Source: Chrysomallon squamiferum (lineage: Eukaryota; Animalia; Mollusca). From it: DNA of 64,000 nucleotides. The notes under the pieces were generated by a model. It had not been told where the DNA came from and searched no databases. It saw only the letters and a program-made list of their open reading frames with translations. The DNA is taken from contig CM022669.1 of the NCBI GenBank assembly GCA_012295275.1, positions 13,578,001 through 13,642,000 of the forward strand, in the 5' to 3' direction. Position numbers and translations under genes: made by a program. Of the stretch, positions 13,873-29,290 are shown in pieces. Position 1 is the stretch's first letter. Each line of letters starts with the position of its first letter.

Positions 13873-15276
13873 TAAATACAACAGAAACAGGGAATATAAT
13901 ACTGGACATGGAGAGAATCTTTTTGCACGAATCAGTGATAGTCTGTGCACATTAAACACACAAAACTATAAAATGGCGTCACTGGTTTGATGAACAAGAA
14001 ACCTTACAAAGTCGACGAATTTGAGTTAACAGTATTTTATTTTTTTTATTTTTATTTTTATGTATGCATGCTTGACATTAATAATTTATAATCTATTTCG
14101 TAAACGAATTACTGTAATGTCATCCGTTTGATTATCAAATTCTAATTAATTTTTTTCTGTATATATTCTGAAATAGATATATGAAAGATATCATTAGTTC
14201 TGAACTAGAATGATTGATTATCACATGGTTATTACAAACCAGTATCGATTTACCATATTAAATCACTGTTAATATATGCAAAAAAAGAACAACCATTAAT
14301 TAGTCAGTCAAGATATACTAAAAAAAAAAAAAAAAAAAAAATAATAATAAAAAAAAGAAGAAAAAGATGCGTTAAATAAAGTAGAATGTAAAGCAGAAAA
14401 GAAGAAAGAAAGGAAAACAAAACAAGAAACAAAGAAAGTTAAAGGTTAGAAAGAAAAACTAGAAAATGAAAGAAGCGTAGAACAAAAGAAATTCTCAAAG
14501 AAAGAAAGAAAAGTTGAAAAGAAAGAAGCAGATAAAGAATTAACGAGAAATAGAAATATTTAAATAAAGAAAGACGAAGAAAAGAAAAGTGAAATTTTTT
14601 TTTCAAAATGTGTTAAAATATCTAAATGTCATATCTAAACACAAATGTCAAAATTTCGTATAAACTGAAAAATACATAACAGTTCCATCGACTTAATAAA
14701 TTAAAACAAATTTCAGACATGAATAATCGATAGTGTTGTCTACATCTATTTTTCAGATAGTGGGATTCAAAACAACAATAAAAAAAATGTCATGAAATAA
14801 GAAACGTTTTATTTGTCCGATTATTCAAAGCAAATAAGATGACCTGTTACTTAACTTAATAACGATATATTTAATATATTGTTTTTGTTCAGTTTTTGCC
14901 ATTGAAAACAGATTAATATCTAACATCTCGTTCCGTTTAGTAGAAATTCAGATCTGAATTCTGAGACGTGATAACTCTTCAGCTTGCGAGTGACAAGCGT
15001 TTCAAGTTCTTCAAATAAACTATTATATCTTCGTTTGAAAACGATCTTAATATTAATAGTAAAGAATTCTCTTTATCGTTCTCACTCTCTTTATCTCATT
15101 CTCTCTGTCTATTACTCTTTTTCCTTACCTCGCTGTCTTTCTCTCTCCCTCTCTCTTTCTGTTTGTATGCCTCTCTTCTTCTCTCTTTTCCTTATGCCAT
15201 ATCTTTTCTCTGTCTTTCTCACCGTCCTTTTATTCCCTCTGCGACTCTCTCTTTCTTTCTCTCTTGTAGCCTTTTT

Positions 15277-15705
<429 letters not shown>

Positions 15706-16169
15706 GAAGTAAACGAATTATCGAACCTCTGTCTCGGTGGCAGCATCAGGACATGATCCAGGAATCCGCACTGATGACATCTGGACTGGCAGCGCCTTGG
15801 GGATTCGTTAACACTTCACTCCGTACACCAGCTCTTTAATATTCCAGTGACGTTTCCAGCGAGAGCCCAGCTTTTACTTCTGATTGGAAATATCCGTTAT
15901 CTCGGCACCTCTTAGGCAACCCAGTCAATATAAACGTCGTTAATGGCCGTGTGATTTGTAGTGAGACAAACAGACGTGTAAATGACACAAATAATTAAAT
16001 GTAAATAAAACCTCTAAGATACACAAATGTAAGTGTATGTGACAATAAGCCTACACAAACATACTCATGTATGTACATTATACATAGACAACCAGACAGA
16101 CACACAGCTACATATATTTGTATGGACGTAAATATATTGATATACATACATAAACGCATGTAGATTTAT

Positions 16170-16330
16170 ACATATACATTCAGACAGGTACATTCTTAAA
16201 TACATACATACATATACGCACACACATGCACACACATATACATTCAGACAAGTACATTCTTAAATACATACATACATACATACATACATACATACATACA
16301 CATACGCACACACATGCACACACATATATG
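16170..16330 (+). repeat. tandem duplication of a ~60-bp unit containing an expanding (TACA)n
   Basis: catatacattcagaca(g/a)gtacattcttaaatacatac...gcacacacatgcacacacatata occurs twice. Confidence 0.88.
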
Positions 16331-17219
16331 TACGTACGTACATACATATATTCATTCATTACGTTTTGATTATAATGAGCTTACCGTTTGATACGAAAGA
16401 TCTATTTTGGTAACAAAAGGCATACATAAAAATGTACTATTTTTCTCATCTAAAACCGATGTCCCCAATGAAATAAACTTAATATGAAATGAAAGCTAAT
16501 ATGCTATAAGTGTCACACGTGTAATTAATTCATTAAATCGGCTTTATCAGTTGTCATGCTTTCTTTAACTTCTCCCTGATCTACTTTTAATTACTCTTTC
16601 CAATGATGACGTCACGCACCGCTGATTTTAGCATCAGCATGGATGCAGTGATTACACCCGTTAACAAGTCTGAAAATTCCTTCACGTTAATATCATCATT
16701 ACAGTCATCAATGGCAGAACACATCAACATGCTCTGTGTTTGAATACAATGGTCAAACGAAAAAAGGATATTCGTTAGTGCCGTTCGCTAGGCTTCTTTT
16801 GTCGCTCTGTAACCAGGGATTTTGTACGTGCAGTTTTTTTCAAGAGATTGTAAAGTCCTTATCTTGGCTCGTTATTAATAATGGGACTGGATAAAAGGGG
16901 AAATGCGACATAGTTTGTGGAAATAATAGCAGATAATCTTGTGAGTGTCCGTTAGAGTATTTCGCGTAACATCAGTAGGTGTTTTTTTTTTTTTCACATT
17001 ACAGTCCTTTAGTGTTATTTTACTCTGTGTTTTCGGATTTGATCTTTATTGCAAAAACTTCGTGTAAGTACTGAGTTCGATTCTTCGATGAAAATAGAAG
17101 AGATAGCCATGTCGCTCTCGACGATGGTATTAATAATGTACAAATATACTGCATGGATATCAAACATCTTCGTGTATACTAGTCGTTCATTTTGTAATTA
17201 TAATGGTAACTAAATGTCT

Positions 17220-17550
17220 GTTTTCTTTCTTTCGTTCCTTCTTTTCTTTCTTTCTTCTTTGCTTTTCCTTTTTATTTCCTTCTTTTGCGTCCTTTCTTTC
17301 TTTCTTTCTTTCTTTCTTTTTTTTTTTTCTTTTTCTCTCCTACTTTTCTTCTTTCTTTCTTTCCTTTCTTCTTTCGTTACTTTTTTCTTTCCTTCTTTCA
17401 TTCATTTTTATTTTTTCTCTCCTTTCCTTCTTTCTTTCTTTCTTTCTTTCTTTCCTTCTTTTAAACTTTCTTTTGTTTTTTCTTTTCTTTATTCATCGTC
17501 TACGATTTTCCTCCTGTTTTCCAGTTTTTTTTTTTTTTTTTTATCTTTTA
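17220..17550. repeat. low-complexity (CTTT)n polypyrimidine tract
   Basis: Seen directly. Confidence 0.9.
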
Positions 17551-18249
17551 AATTAACGCTCCTATAACGACAACTCCACTTTGTCAAACCGTGGAACCGG
17601 ACCTTTAGTGTAATCTACACTGGTGCTTCCATTCATCAATTATCCTACATCGTTCTGTATTGTGCTTCAGTCGGCGTTTGTTTTTCATGGACAGAGGCTC
17701 ATTTCTTCGCGTTTGCTCATGTGTACCTTTCCATGAGTCATTTCCATTTAACAGACTCATTCTAAATACATTGTCACACGAACAATTTTTCTAGAACAAA
17801 CAGCAGTTGCCTGAAAGTAAACTATTTGAAACGAAACACTTCAATTACCTAATGCATTTGTGACGATATTAATTCTAATAAAACAGATATGATTTAATGT
17901 TTGCTTTTTAGTTTTTCGGACGATAAATATTTAGTTTTTTTATACATTCTACTTCAATAACTCAGCAGCATAAAGATATTTACCTTTTCTATTTAAGCTG
18001 AAATATTATAGGTTTCTTTTATCGTTGTTATTGACATATAAAAAACGCTTGTTTGACTATGTAGTCGTTATGCTGGTAACTGTTTTTAATCTTACTGTTA
18101 GAGTAAACTAAAGAATGCGCAAAAATTTATTAAAAGAATCAGTCCATTTGATTTTCTTATTAAAAAGGTATTAACGGGTAATGAGATTCGAACATTGACA
18201 AGGTTCACATACGCCTGCCCTGGACCAGGAAATTATAAAACAAGACTGG

Positions 18250-18317
18250 TACATACATACATACATACATACATACATACATACATACATACATACATAC
18301 ATACATACATACATACA

Positions 18318-18351
<34 letters not shown>

Positions 18352-18382
18352 CATACATACATACATGCATACATACATACAT
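18250..18382. repeat. (TACA)n microsatellite
   Basis: Seen directly. Confidence 0.95.
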
Positions 18383-18400
18383 ATTATAAAAGTCGATTTA

Positions 18401-18723
<323 letters not shown>

Positions 18724-19335
18724 ACTTTAACAAACACCGTTATATTTTGTTCATATTCTTCTTTTTTTTCTTATTTATTTAATTTAATTTTATATAACCT
18801 TCTGCTTCATCATCAAAATTTTGTTAGTAAAATATAACGATTGATGGCACATATTTAAATAACTGACGTAAGTGACCTAACTGATTCATTCGATAACGTG
18901 TATTTGTCTGAATTAATATACGTATCATTCTCTTTCCCAGATCTTCCTGAGATCAGTTGTGATTTCTGATGTCACATTATATTTCGATTGGGAATCACAG
19001 AGTAGTATTTGACGATAGTTCTGAAATACAGTCCTGTTTGTATGTATATGTGTATATGTATATATATGTGCTGTCTGTACAAATATGCGTGTGTGTTTGT
19101 GTGTATGTTTGTGTATTTGTGTATGTGTGCTTGTATTTCCATATGTGTATTAATGTCCGTATAGTTGCTGGTAGCGAACACAAAAACTTTGTTCGTCGAA
19201 TTAAACACGCAAGGCAACCCCCACCCCCACATATATATCTATACACACTCAGAAAGGTAGAAAGAACGAAAAAGAGAATGAGATATTAGATATTTGAACC
19301 TGTTTATTAGATATTTGTACGCACGTATGTGCGCT

Positions 19336-19390
<55 letters not shown>

Positions 19391-19862
19391 GAATGTATAT
19401 TTAACATCGTTAAGCTTTCAAGAACTCTGTATAATAGACGTCATCGTTATCTTCAAATCAAACCAACATAATTTACGTATTAGTACAAAAAAAAAAGTCA
19501 AGATTTCTTAATCGGATTTCCAACTGTCCGTCTTCGTAATACCATAATGTTAACGAAGATGGTTATGATTTATTTATTTATCTGATTATTCCCAAGTAAT
19601 TTCTCGCTTGATGCCCTGCTGGTGATCATTATTATACCGGAGAATGAACCGGCTGAACTTTTACATTCCATTTCTGATAACATGACACCATTAACGTATT
19701 CGACCGTTCAGACGAAAGTTGATAGAATCTGAATAACAATAAAAAGTAATAAAAATAAATAAATAAATAAATAAAATAAACCGTTCCACGGAGAGGGTTG
19801 AAGTTTTTAATTCGATGATCTCGGTGTAAGTACCTTCTCCTCTGAACCGTCGGTTTTCTTAC

Positions 19863-19931
19863 ATCTCTGTGGTGCGATGTGGCTAAGCTGCCAGAAAGTG
19901 GGCCACAGGGACGCGGAATTCTAAGATTGCT
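19863..19931 (-). CDS. candidate 69-nt exon, SNLRIPRPCGPLSGSLATSHHRD
   Basis: Minus strand atattccccag|...cacagagat|gtaaga; GC-richer island, open phase 0-0. No homology recognised. Confidence 0.13.
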
Positions 19932-21511
19932 CTGGGGAATATTTTTCATGTCTGTGTAATGGATTAATATGCTGGAAGCAGGAAGTTAATTCTTTGTCAT
20001 ATTATTATTATTATTTTTTTTTTTTTTTTTTTTTTTTTTCTTTTCTTTTCTCTTTTTCAAAATTGCCTCTAATCTTACGCTGCTTAGACGTATTAAATTA
20101 TGTATTTGTTTTGAAACGAAAGGAAAAAAAAAAAAAATTAAAAATTAAAAACAGTGATGCTTCCTGCTACCAACTACATTTTAGAAAATTATTTTTTGAA
20201 TGTACATCTTTTCTATGGCTTACTATTGTATTTATTTATTTATGTTTATTGTGCGTTTGTCTGTCTGTCTCCGTGTGTATGTGGCTGTGTGTATTAAATA
20301 GTTAAAACCAAAAGAGTCGAAAAATATACTCCATTTGAGAATTGTAAGTAGAAATTTAAGCATAATTAGTATTACTATTATTTCTATTACTACTTTTTAT
20401 TCTGCTGGTGCTATTATTTCTACGACTACTACCATCATGACCGCTACTACTATTATATTACTACTGCTACTGTTATTATTTGTGCTATTACTATTACAAC
20501 TACCAAATACTATTGCTACGACTGTTTTTGTTACTGCTTCTAATTTTGCTAATAATAACACCAACACTATTATTGCGATTACTACTGATAACCTTAACTA
20601 TTACAACAGGTAAAACAGTCACTAATATTACTGCATTTTTGCTTCTTCAGCTATCTTACCATGACGTTATTACAACTAAAACAACTTCAACATCTACAGC
20701 AGCATCACAACCAGCAACAACAACAAAAATAATAAGAACAAGGCCAATAACATTAAAAAGAAGAAGAAGAAGAAGAAGAAGAAGATGAAACTGTAACACC
20801 AAGATCTAAATGAACCGAAATGATATACAACTAAACCCTCTCGAAAACAGCACACTACCTAAATTAATAATTTACCTCGAAGAACCCCAGCAATTCTTGA
20901 CTTCCCTAACAACACTTTCTATCTCTCCCAGACTGAGTCTGCTCCAGCAACAACACCTCTTTTACAATGTTCAGACGAAAATATCTTTCTTTTTTTTTGA
21001 TCCTGATTCGTTCAGAAATAGATTTTTTTTGTATTATTATTATTTACTCTTGTCTGAAAAAGCAGATGTGAAAAGGGTTTTTAATATTGACTGTTCAGCT
21101 GCACAGACGTGCATCCGCGAGCCGTTCTCTGAATAATCCTCTCTCGTCCTCCCAAAATAGGATTTTTATAATACGTGTGTGTAATGTTTAATCCTGTCCC
21201 AGAGTAACGCACATTGTCCAGCAGAAACGTATTGATCTGGATCTGAAGAGCGGGCTGTTCTTCACGGTTTTCCATGCCGAGTGAACCTGGTCGTGGTTTC
21301 AAAGACGGTCGTAAGTGAGGGTATTAGTAAATAATCTGGCTTATCGAAAGACAGTATATATATATATATATATAAATAATAAATAATAATAAAAAGGGGA
21401 AGAGATACTGAAAGACTGATAGAAAAAAAAAATAAGGCAAGGATAAAAATAAAAGAGAGAAAGAAAAGAAAGAAAATGTAAGACTGAAAGAAGGAAAAAT
21501 AATAAAACTAA

Positions 21512-21770
21512 TTAAAGTAAGAATGAGAGATCTAAGAAAAGAAAGAAAGAACTAAGAAAAGAGAGAGTTTAAGAAAAATAATAAAAAAAAAAAAAAAACA
21601 AGAAGACAAAAGAAAAAATAAAGAAAAAATAAGAGAAAAGTTAAAGTAAGAATGACAGGTCTAAGAAAAGAAAGAAAGAACTAAGAAAAGAGAGAGTTTA
21701 AGAAAAATAATAAATAAAAAAAACAAGAGAAAAGAAAAAATAAAGAAAAAAATAAGAGAAATGTTAAAAT
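21512..21770 (+). repeat. ~129-bp purine-rich tandem duplication, 2 copies
   Basis: aagtaagaatga...tctaagaaaagaaagaaagaactaagaaaagagagagtttaagaaaaataataaa occurs twice. Confidence 0.9.
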
Positions 21771-22429
21771 AAAGCATAAAGGAAAGAGAAAAAGAAGAAA
21801 CAGGAAACGAAATCAAAGACGAACGAAAGAATAACTTAATGAAACAAAAATTACAGTTACGAAAAAAAGTATGTTGAAAAGAAAAAGAAATTAAAATCTA
21901 TATATATGCAAATCGAAACAACGAAAGAATTTGTAAGTTGTAACAGTATATTTATAAAAGTAAACGAGGTGAAAAGCAAAAAAAAAACAAAAAAAAAAGT
22001 AAAAAAAAAATAGAGTACAATAAGGTGAAACATTAAAATGGAAAAGACGATAGAGATCAAAGACTAAAAAAAAAAGAAGACAAAAGAAGAAAAAGAAATA
22101 ATAACAATAAAAGAAAATAACAAAATATAAAAGAAGAAATTCATTGACATAAAGAAAAATTCAGTACTTCACTTTACTGTCATCATCATAAAGAGCCGAA
22201 CTGAAGATTACCAAGCTAAAATCTTTACGTCCTTCTTTTGTTCTAATACTCATTTGAAGAGCAGAAAAAACAACCCAAAAAACTATGAAGATTAAAGCGG
22301 ATAATAAAGAAAAGAAAAAGAAGTCAGGTGAAACATGATGCTATGTGAACTTCAACAGTGTGATAAATCTATGTTCCTCGGTGAACAGTTTTCCGTTGCA
22401 GTCACTGCCACATGAATAATGTATATGCG

Positions 22430-22544
<115 letters not shown>

Positions 22545-23044
22545 TTGTGGATGACTGAAAATGGCGGCGGTGCGTTTTCACTATCATATCAGCTTGATAT
22601 TAAAAGCAATTATTCGATATCTCACATCCGTTGCAATTACAATATATTACTGAACAAATATTCATTATTGAAAAATTACATGGAATGGAGTAAATATCTT
22701 AAAATGTCTTTGTTTGTACATCGAAAATTAATTTCCTTTCTGCTGAAGTTAAACAAGCAAATTATGTTTTATACGTAACCAGCCAACGTAGATTTTATTA
22801 TCTTTATTACTCCAGAGAATTAGGATTTTGTTACAACCTAATTTAAAAAAAATATATATAGCTGTATTACGAACGATTATCTTAAAGTAACATGCAAATT
22901 ACAGCTAAACCCATTGTATCCTTATTTACTCTATTTCTTAATAATAATAACGACAACAGTAACAATAACAATAAAAACGATAGTGATATAATAACAACAA
23001 CAAAAACAGTAATAGTAAATATAATAATGATGATGATGATGATG

Positions 23045-23084
<40 letters not shown>

Positions 23085-23145
23085 CAACAACAATAATAAT
23101 AATAACAAATATATTGTGTTTTACGTATAATATTATCAATATTTA

Positions 23146-23214
<69 letters not shown>

Positions 23215-23619
23215 GAGAGCAGAAACTGAATACATTTATTCTATTTAATAAAACGAGAGCAGTGTATTATTCTTACAGACTCTTCTCCACCGACAAATGC
23301 AACAGATAGATGATGTTAACAGAAGAGAAAATAAAATTGTTATCGATACAATGGATTCTACTGCACATCAAATCAAGCTCTGCACGCCGCATTTAATCAC
23401 GTTCACAAATAAAAACGACTTTATTTTGTCTTTGTCCTGCATCGGCCTTTGATAACATGAATGAAAAAAAAAAAAAAAAAAAAAAAAATTATAAAAAAAA
23501 AAGAGACGGAACTAGAAATTATCTAATGGATCCACCAAGAGTTGTTCATTGTCTGATCTCTGCTTCTTCTTGTTTGATGCCCGTGCATTTACTGACAAGG
23601 CAGTTAACCAAATTACACT

Positions 23620-23760
23620 GTCGTGCATGACAGCCAACCAGAAAGCGAGGACGCGTTCACTCCGTGTCAGTCAACACTTCCTGTTTTCAGTGCGGAGTAG
23701 CTATCACGTTACGCGCCACGCTAATGGCACGTGACGTCATTTCCGATTTAAAACTCGAGC
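23620..23760. promoter_or_regulatory. CpG-rich motif cluster (ETS, overlapping E-box/CRE)
   Basis: CACTTCCTGT at 23675-23684, CACGTGACGTCA at 23728-23739, CCAAT-like agccaacca near 23633. Motif match only. Confidence 0.4.
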
Positions 23761-25007
23761 TTTTGTTCCCTTTTAATAATATTCTGATACACTTATAATA
23801 AAGAAAGAAAAGAAACAACAACAACAAAATAAACGCCAGTAAAGGATGTTAATGGCTGATGATGATGATGATGATGATGATGATGAGCCAAGGTTTTTAG
23901 TAATTTATTTTAATCATGTCCATTTGGTTTAATATCATTTTTCTTCTTTAATTTCCAGTAATTATTAAAATCCTTTTAAGATAAATATTTAACAGAGATA
24001 AAATTAATATAAACATTTTCAGCAGTAAAATAACAACATTTATATAAAACATAAAAACATATATATTTTTTTCTTCCCCATTAAATGGATACTGTGAGTT
24101 AATGCTTTTTTAAAATACCAATTAATCAATTTACAGATAATGCAATGTTTTTTTTTTTTTTTTTTTTTTACCTATAAAACGTACCTTTCATCTCAAATTG
24201 GTATGTAATTAAATCGCTCTAACTTAACCAAATGTTCGGTGCATGAAAACACAACATGGCTATAATGTCTCCTCTCGGAATGACGCTTCTAATAGAAAAC
24301 ACGGCGATATACTGATAAGCCGATATGGGGTTCGCTAACCGTGACATTAAAAACAAACGAGGAAAAATATTTAGTCGACGGTTAAGGTTCTCGGTTTGTG
24401 GTTTCCTGCCTCGCAAAATAAACACCTTTTAATACGTCGATAACAAAACACGAAAATCGTTCTTAGCTTTATAATCCAGATAAATCGATATGTAGAAAAA
24501 TCTCAAAGACTTTAAACAGAGCTGTTAGTCGATTGTTATTTCTTGGTTGATATCATCATCGATATCAGGTGACAAACGTATCAGGTAGTTAGCTAATTTG
24601 AATCAAGGTTGTTGCTTTTATTTAATATGATTTACATCTACATTTAATGTGCTTGTAAAACTGTTTGTAAGTGTATTGAATGTCTGTTTACATCTAATAT
24701 ATATGTAAACTTAATATAATTACATATGTAAAGGTAAGTTAATAATTATGTATGTATGTTTCATTCAGAGACGTATGGTTTTTCTATTTCTTAATTCATA
24801 TCAAAAGCGAATGAGTTTTGATTCTTAATTTTACTTTTGAATTATTGGATTTTATTTCGGAAATAAATAAATAAATAAATAAATAAATTTATCTGTATTT
24901 CAGTGCTTCTCACTAAATGAAAATTAAAGAGACAAATTACGTGAATGATACACAGACAGCTAAAGAGGCAAAAAGACAGGTAAACAGGTAGGCAGTGAGA
25001 TAGAGAG

Positions 25008-25166
<159 letters not shown>

Positions 25167-25861
25167 TCAACAATTTTTTTGGAATGCTGGTGTAAAATAT
25201 ATATAGATATATATAAAATGCATGAACACATATATCCTTCGATCATTTGTAGCTGTTTAGGTTTCAACATCATCTAATCTCTGACGTCTGAAAACCATCC
25301 CGGATATTTCTATTTTCGTTCACCTAACTAGTGTTGTGTACTTTGTTAGAAAATGATCCTTTCTTATGTAAAGGTGTCCTCTTTCAATGTTAATTTTTAT
25401 TTAATATCTCTTAACTGGTTTACCTGCAGGTACAATAAACGAATCAGATCAGAACAGTAATACGGCGATGATGGTAATAATAATATACAAAAAAAAAAAA
25501 AAAAAAAATAATAATAATAATAATAATAATTAATAAATAAATAAATAAATAAATAATAATAATCATAATCATAATCATAATAATAACAATAACAATAACA
25601 ATAACAATAACAATAATAATAATGAAGAAGAAAGTTTTGCACAGTCATTGTGTGGCTATCGTGGGAACACTACCTCACTGTTAACAACAACAACAGGATC
25701 GACTGTAAAATTGACTAACAATAAACACGTCAAAACGAGCGAAGTTACGCTTAAAAGTAATGAACTGGCATGGACGAATTCTGTGACAGCGTCCCAAGAT
25801 CAAATAAAACTTTGCAGAGAGTCGCCCCCCCCCACCGTCCAAACGTGCACGGTGGACTCAC

Positions 25862-26032
25862 GTGTACGCTACGCTGACCAAACAACATGGACAACGGTCT
25901 AACGGTCCACTGATCTCGCTGGACTGTGAAGCACGCTCGTTCTTCGACCATGTCACACTCAGACAGACACATCCACTTTGATTTACACACACTGTGATTT
26001 TTGTTTGCCACTCGAGTCTTCGGCTTCGATGC
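25862..26032 (-). CDS. candidate exon, possibly an alternative first exon (..MVEERACFTVQRDQWTVRPLSMLFGQRSVH)
   Basis: Consensus donor cac|gtgagt at 25861 in a CpG-rich island; open frame with in-frame ATGs. The acceptor (gtgtttag|) is weak, so the 5' boundary is uncertain. Confidence 0.25.
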
Positions 26033-26429
26033 CTAAACACTCCGTTTCTCGTTTATTTCGATAAATGTTTTGCAAGCAAAGGTCCGCGCGCTCAATGAAA
26101 TTGCTCTCAGGGAAAAAAAAGAAAAAAAAAAAAAAAAAAAGAAAGAAGAAATCAATCGTGTAATTGGCAGTGAGAGTTGGAAGTCTCTTTCAGTGTCAGT
26201 TTTAACATTTATTACGTTTATTTCGTCTCGTCGGTTCTGTACAATGAAAGCTGTGTTAATGTGTGGATGTCCGCATGTAGAAATCTCAATTTAATACACG
26301 TCGTTTGAAAGCGAAAAATCAACTCTCTGTACACTTGTTACACGTATGAATAGAAATGATAATAAGAAGCATTCTGACATTGGTTTTCTATAACACGTTC
26401 TTCCATTCCTGCTATCTCTACAGCCAATG

Positions 26430-26696
26430 TTACTACTATTACTATTACTACTACCACCACTACCATTGCCACTACTACTACTACTATTATCACCACTACT
26501 ACTACTACTACTACTAGTACTACTGCTACTGCTGCTGCTGCTGCTACTACTACTACTACTACAACTACTACTACCATTACTACTACTACTACTACTACAA
26601 CTACTACTACCATTACTACTACTACTACTGCTCTTATTACTATTACTATCACTACGACTTCTAGTACTTCTACTACAATTACAACTACCCTACTAT

Positions 26697-26731
<35 letters not shown>

Positions 26732-27075
26732 TTACTACTACTACAGCTATTACTGATGTTGCAGATATTATCACTACCACTTTTACAAGTTATTATTTTC
26801 AATTATACTTTTACCAATTTCAATACAATTAAAACTACCAAACTACTGCTATTGCTACTGTTATTACCACTACTGCTACTACTACCACTACAACATCCAC
26901 ACCTACTGCTACTTCTACTACTGCTACCACTACTGCTACCACTACTACCACTACTACCACCACTACCGCCATAGCTAGTACTACTACTACTACCACTACT
27001 ATATCCACACCTACTACTACTTCTACTACTGCTACTATTACTACCACTACTACAACCATCACCACCACACCTGCT
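26430..27075. repeat. degenerate (ACT)n block with an internal duplicated motif
   Basis: ACT/ACC/GCT runs; atccacacctact(g/a)ctacttctactactgcta occurs near 26895 and 27003. Confidence 0.92.
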
Positions 27076-27481
27076 TCTGTAGGCTACTATTACTATTGCT
27101 AAAATAAAATGCAGAGAGATTTGAAACTGAAAAAAAAGAAGATAAAAAAATGAAAGAAAGGTTACTGCTGTAAGAAATTTGTAATTTAATTCTTTTACAT
27201 GTATTTACTGATAAATTTTGGATTTTTAGTTGTTGTTTTTTTATAAATCTAAAATCTAAAATACACAGCTGGAAACTTAAGAGTGCTGTTTCTGGCATCA
27301 GAAACCTACGTATCTCAAATAACCAAATGACGCAAATATTTGCTGTTGAATTCTACCAGGCGACGTCACTAAGTACCTCGATTTTCCATTTGCTTTTTGT
27401 ATTTCTTTCTTCAGCGTCTTTTGTACGAGGTCGCAGACAAGTTATCGTTTCCAAAAAACGTTGTGCTCGAGCCGTACTCAC

Positions 27482-27547
27482 TGTCACAATTAAGTTCTGA
27501 TTGAAAGTGATTGTGTTCTGAACGCGGTGACGTATTGGAAACATACG
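27482..27547 (-). CDS. candidate 66-nt exon (RMFPIRHRVQNTITFNQNLIVT or YVSNTSPRSEHNHFQSELNCD)
   Basis: Strong acceptor tttttcttattccag| and donor aca|gtgagtac; two open frames; could equally be UTR. Confidence 0.3.
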
Positions 27548-28725
27548 CTGGAATAAGAAAAATGTAATTACCAAAAGGCTTCACGTTTTCCGTGTTAATC
27601 TACAACTGCGCGTTGTTGCGCAGATCTTTTGATTTGATAGAGAATCGCAATCCCACACAGTGGCTGCTTTTTAGTACGCTGCCTTGCTGTAAATTATTCG
27701 GAAATAAATATTTGCGAAAGATGAAAATGAAACTGAAAGATGCGGTGATGAATTAAATAAGTGAGTGCATCTGTAGCTGGATGGCTGTGTGTATGAGTGA
27801 CGGAGTGGATAATATGATGCAGTGCGTGTGCGAACGAGTTCATCGTTTGATAACAGGGAAAGTAACTGAGCGTAAGAATGAATAAAGATGCATCAGAGCT
27901 TCAAGCCAATCCTTTGTGTAACCCTATGAGTGCAGTAAATGAAAACAAATTCAATATCCACTGACCTACACACAACACACACACGCACACGCACTGACGC
28001 ATACAGACAGAAGTACGGGTCTCACTCAACACAAATTAGCTTGATACGTTTAAGTCATTACATCTTATACCTGTGTATGTATAAATCAGGCCTATGCATC
28101 TTGACAAACTGATCATAATAATGCAGAAGAAAAAAAAAATAAGGAATAAAAATTTCAAGAGAAGTGGAAGATGATAATAATTCAACACTGTATCTTATTC
28201 TAATAATGACTGAATGAGCCACTGACTGATCGAGCCACTGAATGATTCAGTGCGCTGATCTGAGCTGATGAATAAATCAATTACCAAGTTTCTTATGCTT
28301 TACCGAGTCTTGCTGAATTATTAACGGTTATTCGTCGACCGATCTTAAGTGTGCAAACACGTGTGTATCTCTTCACTGGCAGTTTGCGCTGCACCTGAAT
28401 ACACACATTCTGTCGAAATCCTCGCCAACAAGTGAAGTGTGGAAAACAAAAAATCACCAGTTCGATCGTTCGTCACACTTTGCCAGACGTAGGGGTTAAT
28501 GAGCGGTGATAGTTAAATATGGTCAGTGTAATCTGTTTAAGAGATTCTCTTAGGAAACGGAGATGAAAGATTAAAAGGACGTAGAGTGCTAATTGTCTGA
28601 TCCGAGCGACTCTTTCACGGAGATCAAGAATGTAATGTGTTAAATAGTTCATTTCATATATTCTATTCTAATTAGCCGTTAAAAAAACATTCACGTAAAC
28701 AAACACGTTTTTAGTCGTATTAAAA

Positions 28726-28914
28726 GAGGCGATTGGAACTTAGTGTCTAAACAGCAGCCATTAGAAGACGTCAAGGATCAGCCTTCCTCGGTGGGCTAAC
28801 TGGGCTAAATCCCGTTCCAACCAGTGCTTAAGGAAATGCTGATAAACGGCTGTTATATGTGTTCATGTCAAGTGGAAGATGCTTAAGAATTTCACTGTTG
28901 AGAGTAAGAAAAAT
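28726..28914 (+). mobile_element. decayed tRNA-derived SINE (head plus central domain)
   Basis: aggatcagccttcctcggtgggctaactgggctaaatcccgttccaaccagtgc...aacggctgttatatgtg shares blocks with the copies at 35.9 and 59.0 kb and resembles a mollusc tRNA-SINE consensus as I recall it (Meta- or Deu/Nin-type; unverified). Confidence 0.6.
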
Positions 28915-28944
28915 CACTATACAATCATCTCGTATTTCTCTAAT

Positions 28945-29290
<346 letters not shown>

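Noticed and set aside
18170-18245. Isolated B-box-like GTTCGAATC on the minus strand (also gagttcgattc near 17073)
   Set aside because: No convincing A box or cloverleaf at the right spacing.
21203-21310. Plus-strand exon candidate between tcctgtcccag| and |gtaagt
   Set aside because: All three frames contain stops, so it is not an internal coding exon; no other support.
26830-27075. Thr-rich mucin-like reading of the (ACT)n block
   Set aside because: It is continuous with a trinucleotide microsatellite, has no convincing splice boundaries, and similar blocks occur in both orientations at 20.4, 35.0 and 63.1 kb.
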